Positions 62,865 through 64,000 of a stretch of DNA of 64,000 nt are shown here, piece after piece (position 1 is the first letter of the stretch; every line of letters begins with the position of its first letter). The translations under genes were made by a program, and so were the position numbers. The stretch comes from Octopus bimaculoides (lineage: Eukaryota): contig NC_068981.1 in the NCBI RefSeq assembly GCF_001194135.2, positions 115,391,245 to 115,455,244 of the forward strand, given 5' to 3'. The notes beneath the pieces were generated by a model that worked only from the letters and a program-made list of their open reading frames with translations, searched no databases and had not been told where the DNA came from.

Positions 62865-62930
62865 GTATGTATGTATACGGAGCAAATAATTCACGAGAAA
62901 ATATTTGTGAAGATTTCAGCTATATGTATG

Positions 62931-62964
<34 letters not shown>

Positions 62965-64000
62965 TGTATGTGTATATGTTTAGGTGAAAAGTGGTGTGTT
63001 TGCAATTATTATTACACACATGGTAGTAGAACGAACGAATTAAAAATCTCAATAGGCTAAATAATTAATACAAATATTTATTCCACCAACATACATGATG
63101 TGCTAACTTGCCATCAGAAAAGTAGCAGGTGACATGTCAACGATGTTGTAGAGTTACGGGACAAAACACTACCAAAGTAACCCCTACCATGCCATAAATT
63201 TTGCGGATTTATCTAAAAAGTACAATGTGTAGATGATGGGTTAAACTTGTTTCTGCTAACGGAAATTTTATATCTGAGGTTAGATGGAGTGTGTTGTGAT
63301 CTCAATACGAATTCCATTGGTGTTAACAGTGTAAGGAAAATTCATTTCTTACATTAAAATTCATAAACGATTCACAGTCTTGATTTGTCGAGTCCCTATC
63401 TCTTTATTTCGTAAGCGTCAAGGGAGTCAACATACTATATTAGTTTCAACATGAATGGAGATCAACTAATTTAATCTTTTCTTAGGAAAAAGCTAGGCGT
63501 AGTCAGATATCTGAATTCACTTTCATTGTTTCTTTATCAGTTTTGCAGTTGTTGTTATTGTTGGTGGTATTCTTGTTCATCGAGTAAACCATCCGGGTGA
63601 TAAGCTTTATAACTCTGCGTTTATAGAGCACTTATCACAAATAACTGGAATCCTATTCTCCTTCTACGGTGGTGCTGATAGATACCGAACTATTTTGTCC
63701 ATCTCCTGTTCAGTATTGTCATGTGTTTAAGTGTTTTACGCATTTCATCTAAAATATTTCAATTAAGCAACTCGAGATAATTCATGATCGCCGAGGAGAT
63801 ATAATGTATGACGAAAGAAGATCACACATTCTTCGGAATGTCTTTTGTTCTCTATTGTTTAGATTTGTTTTATATTTTAAATGGTAGGACTGCCACCGAA
63901 AAAAAAACTTATTTATGTAGTGAAGCAAACACCAATCCACACCTATACACCGTACATCACATACTGTACATATATGTAAATATATATATATATATATATA

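Noticed and set aside
1-64000. CRISPR arrays, rRNA genes or prokaryotic operons
   Set aside because: Eukaryotic intron-rich DNA with no regularly spaced repeat-spacer array and no rRNA-like sequence.
58056-64000. Next ADAMTS exon (furin site and catalytic domain)
   Set aside because: No phase-1 exon with metalloprotease motifs was found. It is presumably beyond the window.

Overview
This is AT-rich, microsatellite-dense animal genomic DNA with 11 assembly gaps. The repeat content suggests a coleoid cephalopod, probably Octopus (inference from repeat families, not verified). The only host gene visible is the 5' part of a + strand ADAMTS/M12B-type metalloprotease. It has a signal-peptide exon (2714-2789) and two prodomain exons (21779-22134, 57881-58055) that splice in frame across introns of about 19 kb and 36 kb. 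The rest is repeat DNA: two abundant tRNA-derived SINE families, a V-domain SINE, RTE-type and R4/Dong-type LINE fragments, a Penelope-like GIY-YIG ORF, a decayed DNA transposase and several MITEs. The main finding is 10 minimal type-I hammerhead-ribozyme motifs from five unrelated repeat families, plus one relic just after the Penelope ORF. In two families the motif sits in both arms of a long inverted repeat. Secondary findings are an R4/Dong-like element and a short companion element that both sit in (CATA)n tracts, and a MITE with a telomere-repeat core. All RNA structures were folded by eye; no database search or activity test was run.
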